Origin: Mytilus trossulus
Taxonomy: Eukaryota
Reading direction: 5' to 3'
NCBI RefSeq assembly: GCF_036588685.1
Contig: NC_086378.1
Coordinates: forward strand, 88,908,001-88,972,000
Length of the DNA stretch: 64,000 nt
Every line of letters starts with the position of its first letter. Positions within the stretch are counted from its first letter, which is position 1. Shown here in pieces: positions 1 through 12,100 of the stretch. Made by a program: the position numbers and the translations under genes. The notes beneath the pieces were generated by a model. The model searched no databases. It was not told the DNA's origin and saw only the letters and a program-made list of their open reading frames with translations.

Positions 1-107
1 GACTCAATGGCTATGAAAACTACCGCGAGCAAAAACTTTAACCTGAAGCGGGACAGACAGAATCACAGACCAGAAAAACATAATGCCCTAGGTGGGGCAA
101 CAAAAAA
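1..107 (-). mobile_element. Truncated end of a HINE-like element
   Basis: GACA short repeats followed by a gccc...gggc hairpin and an A run. Confidence 0.4.
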
Positions 108-527
108 TGTTGACACATCTACAATGTATATACTCCTATCCCATTAAGCACACAAGTGATGGCAAAAAACAACATGCATACAGTACAGTTTTCGCGAAAG
201 CCATCCCATACTCCATACACCGAGTTTTTTCCTGGTGTAACACCAGGAGCTCCGATATCACTCCCTAAATTCTCTGAGAATTTGGGAGTATTCCCTCCGA
301 CTTTCGCATAAATCCGTTACCTTTTGTTTATTGTATTAGCGACATCTCTCCCAGTCTGGAGTGACGCGGTGTCACACCAGGAAATTAATTGCCCTAATCC
401 TTCTGATCTATGCCGGCAAGCGACAGTCAAGGTATGCAAGATTTCTTATGTAATTAAACAATTGCATTTCCTGCCTATTGATTATCAGTTTATATCTGAT
501 TGCTTGAAACATTGAAAGATTAAATAA

Positions 528-1815
528 CTAGAGGCTCTAAAGAGCCTGTGTCGCTCACCTTGGTATATGTGAATTAAACAAAGGAAGCAGACAGTTCATG
601 ACAAAATTGTGTTTAGGTGATTTTGATGTGTTTGTACATCTTACTTTACTAAACATTCTTGCTTCTTACAATCATCTCTATCTATAATGAACTTGTCCGT
701 GTAGTTTCAGTGGAAAATGTTAGTAAAAATTCACAAATTTTATGAAAATTGTTAAAAATTGATTATAAAAACGATAACTTCATAGGGGGTCAATTGACCA
801 TTTTGGTCATTTTGACCTGTCTTTTAGTCTTAAATTGCTGTATATTATTGCTGTTTACAGTTTATCTCTATCTACAATAATATTCAAGATAATAACCCAA
901 AACAGCAAAATTTCCTTAAAATTACCAATTTAGGGGCAGCAACCTTACAACCAGTTGACCCATTCATCTTAAAATTTCAGGGCAGATAGATTTTGACCAG
1001 ATAAACAATTTTGCCCCATGTCAGATTTGCTCTAAATGCTTTGGTTTTTGAGATATAAGCCAAAAACTGCATTTTACCCCTATGTTCTATTTTTAGCCAT
1101 GGCGGCCATCTTGGTTGGTTGGCCGGGTAAAAAAACACAAATTTTAAACTAGATACATCAATGTTGATTGTTGCTAATTTTGGTTTAATTTGGCCCAGTA
1201 GTTTCAGAGGAGAAGATTTTTGTAAAAGATATGGAAATTTACGAAAAAAGGTTAAAAATTGACTATAAAGGGCAATAACTCCTAAAGGGGTCAACTGACC
1301 AATTTGGTCATGTTGACATATTTGTAAATCTTACTTTGCTGAACATTATTGCTGTTTACAGTTTATCTCCATCTATAATACTATTCAAGATAATGACCAA
1401 AAACAGTAAAATTTCCTTAAAATTACCAATTCAGGGGCAGCAACCCAACAACGGGTTGTCTGATTCATCTGAAAATTTCATGGCAGATAGATCTTCACCT
1501 GATAAACAATTTTACCCCTGTCAGATTTGCTCTAAATGCTTTGGTTTTTGAGTTATAAGCCAAAAACTGCATTTTACCCCTATGTTCTATTTATAGCCAT
1601 GGCGGCCATCTTGGTTGGTTGGCCGGGTAAAAAAACACAAATTTTAAACTAGATACATTAATGATGATTGTGGCCAAGTTTGGTTTAATTTGGCCCAGTA
1701 GTTTCAGAGGAGAAGATTTTTGTAAAAGTTAACGCAGGACGACGACGACGACGGACGACGGACGCAAAGTGATGAGAAAAGCTCACTTGGTCCTTTGGGC
1801 CAGGTGAGCTAAAAA
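528..1815 (-). mobile_element. Helentron-type non-autonomous element (HINE) family A, copy 1, two 500-bp internal units
   Basis: subTIRs GCTCACC/GGTGAGC, terminal hairpin AGGCTC..GAGCCT plus CTAG, GAC/GACG microsatellite, A/T-run insertion site; homologous to 15413-16743 and 59414-60687. Confidence 0.88.
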
Positions 1816-3552
1816 TCAAAACGTTGTTGTTAATTCTTTTTATTGCACTGACTCTGTACATTTAAATCTAGTTTTAAAAACAAACTATATTTGATTTTGA
1901 CTTCCATTTTTTATCAGTTAATAAATATTTAATTTACTAAAAGAAATATAATTGTGTAACAATAAACAGAGACTAACGCTGAATAAATTAGGGCAGTGTT
2001 AAGAAAAATTACAGGTCTCAAAATTGTTTATACAAGTAAAATAGAAAGTATTATTCACTATCTGTTATGCTAATAAGTCTACGCAATTTCCATTTTACAA
2101 TTACAAAATAAAAGTTTTAAAAAGCAAAAGGTTGTTGTTAATGCTTACAATTGCATTAAAGTTTTATATAAAAAAAATCTATACTTGATTATGATCTCGA
2201 TTTATTTTATCGGTAATTTATATAACTTAAGTTACGAAAAGAGACATACTTGCGTGAAAATAAACGGAAATTAACGCTGAAGGTATAAAATGTGAGAAAG
2301 AAAGAAAATAACGTTTTAAAACTTGTATATGCAATATGCAAGAAAAAAAGAAAATACTATTCACCATTCCTTATGCTTATTAAGTCTACAGCTTTTTCTC
2401 TTCACGGTTTGTTAGCATTACTTTAGGATAAATAATACATTTCGGCTACAACAGGATTACTTCTATAGCTGCATCAACTCGTCGTTGCATAATATTCATT
2501 TACGCACAATGAATGTAAACTTTTGTGTTGTATTTAGAAGAGTGATCTTTTAATATTTTTAAAGCTATTAATTGCCGTGGGAAGAAGATACGCATCTCAA
2601 TGATCAACAGTGCGTAGTTGAACTTGAACTTGACTTCGCTCACACTATTGAATGCTAAAAATAGTGACATCAATTTTGTCCACGAGATTTTTATTTGGCG
2701 GGAAATAGTATCATGTAACAGTAAACTCAGGTGACCTTTCTGGATAACCGTGGGAAAGTTCATTCAAGGTTTAAACTTGCTTTGTAAAAAAATGACATAA
2801 ATGTGTGTGCGTTAAGATTGAGGCTCTAGAAGGTCCTTTTACAATTGATTAACCGGATTCTAAATTATATTCCTTTTCTGAATAAACCAACATCAGTCTT
2901 TTATTTTTACGTTTCTCAGTCAACAGAGGACATAAAACCGGACATTATTTATATGTCCATAGTCAACACTATATATTAATGGTAGATGAAAACAGGATGC
3001 ATGTAGTTCAGTTCCTGATGGGCGTTGGTAGAGATCCTCTGTGAAAATTTGTCGATATCGTAAAAATCCGATCCACATTTTTTTTTACATATTTCTTTCT
3101 TGAAATACGATATAATATCATTTTAATATTTTATTTTATAAACTGTTGAAATACTTCTTTTGATATTTCGCCTAGGATTTTAACAAGCTGTAAAATACGG
3201 ACGGATTGCGCTAATCCAATTTTATGTTAAATAATTAAAGATCAATAACAGATCATTACGGATAAAAAACACATGATTTTTTTCTCCATATAAATAAATA
3301 AGGTTGTGATTATTGTGTTGTGTCTAGGCGGCGAATGTATCTCAGTATTTATGAATATAGGGCTGCCACATTGCATACATACAAAACTATTTGTCACTTT
3401 ACAGTTTCTTTTTTAAATTCAAATATTTCAAGTCGGTAATCTACCGAGGTAGTGAAACATAATATTTTACATTTCAAAATAAATTGAAAGTATTAAACAG
3501 AGTTCACTTGTTGATCTGATAAATTAACTCTTGGGTTTAATTTAGATTGAAC

Positions 3553-3728
3553 ATATAACCGTAAAAACATCATTCTGTTTTAAGCCAGTTGATATTAATT
3601 ATATAATATTGAACTATTAATGAACCGAATATTGCTCATACATATAACCATAAAAACATCATTTTGATTTAAGCCAGTATATATAAATTATATAATATTG
3701 AACTATTAATGAACCGAATATTGCTCAC
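3553..3728 (+). repeat. 88-bp direct tandem duplication
   Basis: catataacc.taaaaacatcatt...gaaccgaatattgctcac occurs twice. Confidence 0.85.
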
Positions 3729-4994
3729 TGAGTAGGTCATAAAAGGTTCTGATTGTGGTAAAATCATCTTTGTTGAATAAACAAAAATTATGACCGGATC
3801 GGACTATAATGAAAATACAAAATAAGTGTTTTATTCGTATTTTTATACGTTGTACAAAAATGTACGTTGCCTGTCATAAGACAATGACATGGGCATTTAC
3901 ATACCAAAATAATTATCTTATTTTAAATAAAAATGTCACACTGTTATCTGACAATGAAAGGACATATAAATACCGCATTTTAAAGAACACAGGTGCAATC
4001 AAGATCGATTAAATGTACAAAGGTAATAAATCTGGCTAATCCGATGATGTTGTCACGCGTCATTAATTTTCAGTTCATACGATGGGCAATAAACCAATTA
4101 ACAGCCACGCGGTGTTGGGAGAGAATCTTTGGAGGAAATTGGGAGTATAATCCGTGATTCGCAGTGTCAATCCGCTACACACGGAAATCGGTGATTAGAG
4201 TTCACGATTACATACTCTCTGGGCGTACTGTACCGTAATAATGTGGGAAATCTGACAGAGTTACATACATGTATTTCCTTCTGTCAGGAATTGTGTTGAA
4301 ATTGCAGGTCCATGATTGTACAAAGAAAAACAGTCATTCTATTACAAAAGTTAAAAATAATCTAATTTGAGTAAAGTTAATGTTGTTTCCTTGTCATGCT
4401 TGTTGTGATTTGATATGGGTAAGGAAAAAAGTAATGATATACATGTAGCAATAAAATCTTATCTCCTTAAAAATGCTTCCACATCATGTATAACAAAAAA
4501 AATGTATATCCCTGGAGTCTATTTCACACAAAAAACTTACGACTAAGATTGAGCATAAGACATAAACAATTCAGTAAACTCATGACTCCTAGACTCGCCT
4601 TCAAAAAAGGCATTTAACCATTAGTAAAAAAACAAAATTCAGTATTTCTTCAACGGTAAACTGAGTAATTTGATTGCTTACACCTCAAATTCAATCATAA
4701 GAACAATAATTTATTCTATTATTTTTTTCTATTTTTAATTTCTGGTTCTAGTAAGATTTATCTAAGCTAAACTACCAAGCATGGACAGGAATCTGATCAA
4801 ATGAATGAGTGTGAAGATGAATATGGGATACAAATTGTATATGAATTTGATTTATTCGTTTTTCCAGATACAGAAAACTAAATTAAATGACCAGGAGGAA
4901 ATTATATTTATAAGGAGAACAGTACTAGTTGTGCCCTAAGATTGAGGATGTATATGTAGTAGAGTAAACCATTGTTGAAGGCTGTACAATGCTG

Positions 4995-5084
4995 TACAGT
5001 CCATATAATTGTTAATTTCTGTGTTATTTTGGTCTCTTGTGGAGAGTTGTCTCATTGGCAATCATACCACATCTTCTTTTTTTT
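4995..5084 (-). repeat. Fragment of a high-copy interspersed repeat (agaagatgtggtatgattgccaatgagacaact family)
   Basis: Reverse complement of the same motif at about 7158 and 36851. Confidence 0.75.
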
Positions 5085-5260
5085 AAATTCAGGCATTAAA
5101 AATACGCCAACCTCAATTTTTTCTTTTGTGAATATTGGTTGAACCACGGTCAATCTACCTAAACAACATTATTAAACTATAGGTTCTTTCTGTGACATGG
5201 GAAATTGAGGAGACGAATTAGAAAGTAATTTCTACACCTTAAGCATGTTATTAAAGTAGG

Positions 5261-5425
5261 CTTATCGCTTACACTATTTCAAAATCTGTCCCGCTTCAAC
5301 TTCTGACTTCATACAACAATCACTTTTCTATTGCGGCGTCACATATTTTCTATTATGACGTCAAAATTTACTGGAACTTTTGTGATGTCCAGTAATGGCA
5401 GACAAATAGCGATATAAAGGTGTAT
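5261..5425 (-). mobile_element. MITE, degenerate copy inverted relative to 6402-6565
   Basis: Colinear reverse-complement match to 6402-6565. Confidence 0.8.
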
Positions 5426-6078
5426 TATATCACATCTCTTATTTTAACATTATAAATGTTTTCACATCACATTACTAAATATACAAGACCATCATGGGTT
5501 AAGAATGGTATTGCCAACCATATTAATTTTCTATTTCTAGCTGCATTTCAACTGTTTAATATTTCTTTTAATTACATGTAACATAAAAAACTGTAAATAA
5601 TCTTTGCTGGATAATTTCTGCACCTTTGGCTTTGTGATATGGTCTGACTAAACATCAAAATTAGAACGAAAGCTGTAGTGTACCAGCAATCCTTCCAAAT
5701 TCGAATGATATGTGAAGCATATAGCTTGATTTAAGCAAAATATAATTGTTTCTTCTTCTATCATTAAAACATGATCCTCATTTTACCCACCTAAGAGTCC
5801 ATCTGGATCCAGAGGCTCGTCCATTTTCGATTTTGTGAAAGTTCAAGGTCAGATTGTCGTTGTCGTAAACAATAATATTCGTCAAATTACTTTTTATTCA
5901 TAATTTGTGTTTTATTCATGATAATTTTATGATAATTCTTGAAATAAAGCTAAAAATAGAAATGAAATAAAATCTAAATATTTTATGTCAACATTTATTC
6001 TTATTTGCGATAGGAAACCAGGGACGCGAAAAATTTCTAAACATATGAAATGTGAGAAAGAAACATTTCATATGGACA

Positions 6079-6171
6079 ATGGATGAAGAAGAATTATCAG
6101 TTGAAATAGTACAAGATGAGAGCGAGGCGGGTCGAACCACGGCAACTTGGGAACACGAAGATTTAGCTCAG
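6079..6171 (+). CDS. WDR88: WDR88-like coding exon 1 (MDEEELSVEIVQDESEAGRTTATWEHEDLAQ)
   Basis: ATG at 6079, open frame to CAG|GTTTAG, phase 0 compatible with exon 2. Confidence 0.8.
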
Positions 6172-9100
6172 GTTTAGATATCAAAATTTGATAATGATTT
6201 GAACATAATTTGTTTGGGCTATTCCAAGTTTAACCCTCTTGCTGACGGAGAGACACATATGTCCATTTTTTAATTTACGCAAGCTTCTCGTCAGTACTGT
6301 ACCTTTATCAAAATAAAAGACCGAAAATAAAAAAAAGTGTTATAAGTTTCTACAACATGTACAATGTCTCTCAAATGTAACGATCAATATGGCAGTCATA
6401 TATACACCTTATCGCTATTTGTCCGCCATTACTGAATATCACACAGGTTCCCGTAAAATTATGACGTCATAAAACAAAATAGCTGACGCCACAATGAAAA
6501 AGTGATTGTTGTATGCGTCAAAAGTTCAAGCGGCAGGGTCAGCCGGGAATAGCGATAAGGTGTATTGAATGATGTCATTGTTTGGCATGTCCATCACAAT
6601 AGGGCTCTACACAGTTAGTTCGGCCATATTGGATAGGGGACAGATTTTTTTGAAAGAGGTTGAAAAAGTATGAAAGTATGCATGTTTCCAAGCAACTGCT
6701 CTGTTTTAATGATGTTTTCCCGTATTTTTCACACCATTTGAACCTTCATTATGAAAATCTGCCCCCTATTCTATACGTCCGAACTAACAGTGAATAGCCC
6801 TATCGTCAAGCTGTTGTATTTTCTGGCATATGAAATGTTAACCTGAAAAACAACTGTCAGCAAGAGGGTTAAGAATGAAAATTGGGAATGTTTTAAAAAA
6901 ATCAGAGACAACAATCTGACCAAAGAGCAGATTACAGTGCAAGGCCAACAATCATTCTTTAACACAAGGAGAAAATCCAGCAACCAGAGGCCAGCTTCAG
7001 TTAGCCCCAAAGCAAAAATGTGTAATAGTTCAGTGAAAACAGATGTCACATTAAACTCTTGATCATACAAATGAACTTAGATACAAAAATATACAATACT
7101 TACAAATTAAGGCTGGAGGTTCTTGATTTAGACAACAGTAAGGGGTTTATAGATATAGGAAGATGTGGTGTGAGTGCCAATGAGACAACTCTCCATCCAA
7201 ATAACAATTTAAAAATTAAACCATTATAGGTTAAAGTACGGCCTTCAACACGGAGCCTTGGCTCACACCGAACAACAAGCTATAAAGGGCCCCAAAATTA
7301 CTAGTGTAAAACCATTCAAATGGGAAAACCAACGGTCTAATCTATATAAACAAAACGAGAAACGAGAAACACGTATATATTACATAAACAAACGACAACT
7401 ACTGTACATCAGTTTAACATGTTTTGTGCGATCTAAATCTTTTGTGGATAGTTGTCTCTTTGGAAATGATACCACCCCTACCTATTTTAATATGTATGTA
7501 ATTTTCTTTTTCAGCTAAGAATAAAGGTTTTCCGTGGACATTTAGACTCAGTAAGAAGTTGTAAATACATTGACAATGATCAGAAAATCCTCTCTGCATC
7601 AGATGACAAGACAATCAAGATTTGGGACGTAGAGACAGGAGAAGTTCTCCATAACTATTCAAGATGTCATGATAGCATTATATCACAAGCTAATATTAAT
7701 GACAACGGAAGAAGGTAAAGTATATACAAGATGTCATGATATGATAGCATTATATCGCAAGCTAATGTCAATGACAATGGAAGGAGGTAGCAAATGAAAT
7801 CTATATCTATACACCTGTTACCTTATTTATAACAAAGAATATTAGTATTGAATAATCATGGAGTCGTAGCATATTAAAATGTCATTCTCAATTTTATGTT
7901 TTTATTATTATGAGTTTAGTAATACTGCAACTGCAAAAGTTCAGTATTATTTCAACAGAAAAAGTTCATTATATTTCAACATCAACAAATTTATAAAATA
8001 CACATTAGTTTATAGCTATATTTCAAAGTTATGAATAAAAGAAGATGTGGACAATGTAATATATGTCATTGGGACAGCAACCCATCAACACAATCAATCA
8101 TGAGTGGTGTAGCATAGATATAGTTTACTGAGTAGAATATAAATAAAAGGAGAGTTAACCACACAACTGAAATAACAATATCAAAATCTTTACATATTTT
8201 TAGAATTGATGATCCTATCTAAATTTTAAAATGTGATGGAATACCTATCAATCATAAAAACCATTGTATGTTGGGATATTGAATGTTAATAAGATTATTG
8301 ATTATTTCCAGATTTGTTAGTTGTGGATGGGATAAGAAAGTTGCTGTTTGGGATATTGAATCAGGAAATTGTGTGGTGAGTTAAGGTTATAAAATAAACT
8401 GAGTTAATTGGAGGCTCTGTAAGGCTAAATGTCACTACGATCTGGGTTATATAATAGTAAACAAACTTAATCAGCTGGAGGGGCTGTAAGATAAATGTCA
8501 CTCTATATGATCTAATATATTTCTATTTTGAGTATGAAGAAATGTAGTTAAGTAATTTTCTTGTTTGTATTCCAAAATCTACCAAAGGTTGGTGATTTTC
8601 TCCAGGCACTCTGCCTTCCTGGTCTATCAATGAAAATTGACTGCCTTAAAATAGTGCTGAAAGTGGTGGTGTTAATCACCAATCTTTTAATCAACCTATT
8701 TCTGAAAGATTGCAATTATTGAGTAGGTACTACAAAAGAACAGAAAAATATGAAAACTCTATTTTTTCTTGCAGTGGTCAGGAAAACATGCTGGTATTGT
8801 GACAAGTTGTAATTTTTCACATGATGGAAAATATGTGGTCTCTGGGTCAGACTTGGATAACACAGTTAAAATCTGGGACTCTAATACAGGAGATCTGATA
8901 CATAATGTTGATGGTAGGTACAAAAAAGTCTGTAATTAATCCTGTTTAAGGATATGGCAAAATGTATGCTGCTCACTGTATCTATTAGTTACATGTACCA
9001 ATTTTTTTACCAGCTATTTTTGTGGAACAACTTTCGAATTTCACAAACAAACAAACTGGATGTTTTATATCTCATCTATTAATTTAATAAAGAAACAATT

Positions 9101-12100
9101 ATTATGAAATGCTATTATGCAAATAATTGATTCAGTTTATTTTACTTTGATCAAGAAATCAACATCATTGTAGGCTTTCAACCATGTTTAATTATAGAGT
9201 GAAGAATTATTGAATGCAGTGGTAGAATCAGTTCTTTTGATGATTTTATTATTTCTTTCAAACTTTGGTGCTCTTTTTTTTAAGTAATTTGGAAAAAATA
9301 AGATTGGTTTAAGTGAATGATCATCAATGGTACAAGCTTTAGTTGTTCAACCTACATTTATATTTATTTCAGATATTCACACTAGTACCATTACGAAATG
9401 TATGTTTGCTCCTGGGGATGATAAGATTATTACAACCTCCATGGACAAAACTGCCAAATTCTATGATCTAAAGACTTTAAAAGTCACCATTACTGTACAG
9501 TAAGTTCTGTTAGTATAATGTTGTTATAACATTCACCAGGCATTCAAACAGATGAAATGAACTAAGTATGATGAACTAAGAAAGTCTTAGATAAAATAAT
9601 ATAAGAATTAGAAGATGTGATGTAATTTTCAAAGACGTCAAAGGAAGTAGAAGTTAACAACTAGAGGTCTGTGACTCACAGTACAGATTTATAAATGAGC
9701 AAACCCATACTGCAAACAACAACCAACGAATTACAGGCTCTTGGCTTGGTACTAGCAAAACATTTCTAAAGTCTATTTTGAAATAAGCATTCTAATGTGA
9801 CCAGGTATGAGTTTTGCTTTTATTGATTGTATTTCTGACACTGTTAAAGGCTGCATATTAGACATGTACATATCAGAGTAAAATAAAATGATTTTATCAG
9901 AACTATATGATGTTTATTCAAGTGTATTTTATATTTGAAACTGTATAAAATATTAAAAATGAATGGTTAAATTTATTATTTTTACTTATCTTGCAGAGGA
10001 CATATTAATATAATATCATGCTGTGATATCAGTCATGATGAGAGAAAGTTTGCTACTGGTTCCTGGGATAAAACAGTCAATATCTGGGACATCGCTACAG
10101 GAAGTTACAGGTATATATATTCCTAAATATGTGGTTCCTAAGATAAAATAGTCAATATTTGGGACATCGCTACAGGAAATTACAGGTTTTCTATTCCTAC
10201 ATATCTGCATTAAAACCCTGATTTTAGTGACTTTCAACATCAAATTCAATCATGATACTATAAGCAGACATTTCAGTGTTAATGTCCTTTGATTTTTATT
10301 TTTTATTTATTTCAATGTTATGACATTCAAGCAACTCAGAAAAGATTTTTGATGTGACAACTTGTTTTATGAGTAAAATTGGTCACAAGCTCCTAAGGAG
10401 AGGTGAAATGGTATAATGGTCGATTTGGCTTCGAAAATCCCTGATCAATATGTCTGAGATAAAACTTCTTGTCTAGTGATCTTGTGTGAAAATTCGAAAA
10501 ACATTTTAGAATAAGATAAATATATATACTTATGCAATATTGTTTGCAAACATAATTTTTATTTTTAAATCACACTTAAATATAACAAAATAATTCATGG
10601 AACCATACAAATTGGACTGACCAAGCAGAAGGTGAGCTACTTGATGCTTACAAATATAACCAAATATTCAAAAGTTAAATACAAACCACTGTCAGGAGGG
10701 GGGATAGGGCCCTTAATCGGGACTCTGGGATTGAGTGTTTTTAAGCTCAGGATTTCGGGATTGACCCTTTAGGGATTAGGGAAGTCTTTTTTTCTAATTT
10801 CGGGACTTTGGGATTTAGATTTGTTTTAAATTGGGACCTCTGGATTTCGTGTTTTTAAGCCCTGAGGATTTTGGGATCAAGACCCCTCCTACGGTCCTAC
10901 CCCCTCTGTCAGGAGCTCATATGGCTTATGTTTAATGTTCTAAGTAAACCATGGAAGAAATCACATTTTTTTTCCACTAACTGTAAATTTCTTGAAATTA
11001 CAAATTCTGCATTTATGAATGTTCATCATTCTTTTGATCTGATATAAGGTTTTTCAACAATTGAAACCTGCCACACTTTCACGATGTAGTCACCCTATGT
11101 CCCCCTTGGGACAAAGTGGATTAAGTCATGTAAGTCACACTTTCATGATAAGAATATGTTCATACTGCTTTTTTTTATTTATAGATCTAAAGGCCCTGGA
11201 CAATTATGTGGCAGCCATGATGGTTCTGTTAGTTCATGTTCATTTAGTCCTGATGGTAGGTCACCAGTTTTTACTCCAATAAACTCAAAATACTTGAGGA
11301 TATAATTACTTATTGTAAAAAACATTATCTAAAGGTAACTAAAAACAGAAAAGGAAAGAAATTATGAAGTAGGTTATATATCCCTAATGTCAAATATGAT
11401 AAAAAAAAAAAATATAGTGGAAATATTTGCAAAGGGAGATAAATCTGTATTTTAAATTTTTTTATGTTTTTTATATGGACAAAAAATATCAGCATTTATC
11501 ATTTTGAGGTAACCATTATAAACCGTATATATGAATAATTATATTTTCCTATTGATTTCCCTCAATATATTGTATTTATTTCTTTATTTTTAGGTTTACA
11601 GTTAGTTACAGGGTCCTATGATTCCACAGTGTGTGTCTGGGATGTTGATAACAGAGTGCAAAAAGTCAAACTTCAGGTACATTTACTGATATAAACAGTG
11701 ATCAATAAAGATAGAAAACATATTTATTTTACATGAATTACTTAAATCTGTCATTCGGACTAAATTATAAAAATCTTCTGAAAGGTGATTGATATTGAAA
11801 AGGGGAAGTAATTACACCAATTGTAAAGATATATTGTTTCACATTTATGCAGATATCATTTGATTTGATTTTTGGTGTTTTAACACCACTTTTAAGCACT
11901 GCTTTTGGACTTTTTCATGGCGACCAGTTTTTATTGGTGGAGGAAGCCAGAGTGCCAAGAGAAAACCACTTACCTTCGATAGGAATATGCAAATATGAAA
12001 TTGCTATTTTAAACATTCCCAAATTGTATAAACTTTAAGCTTAGTCACATACAAACCTGATGGAAGCTTAGCAGCGCATTAATAAACAACAGCTAAATGG

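Larger units (their letters stand above)
181..4230. mobile_element. Putative non-autonomous TIR DNA transposon flanked by TA, hosting a HINE
   Basis: TA|CAGTAC at 179-186 and GTACTG|TA at 4225-4232; imperfect subterminal inverted similarity (actccctaaattctc versus gaggaaattgggagt). Confidence 0.45.

Noticed and set aside
977-1551. ORFs 977-1294 and 1336-1551, and the similar 59532-59744 and 60033-60233, as a gene family
   Set aside because: They lie in HINE internal repeats, have inconsistent frames between copies and show no recognisable domain
2420-2830. Transposase remnant inside the TA-flanked element
   Set aside because: No DDE or other recognisable motif in the frames I read; a translated search would be needed
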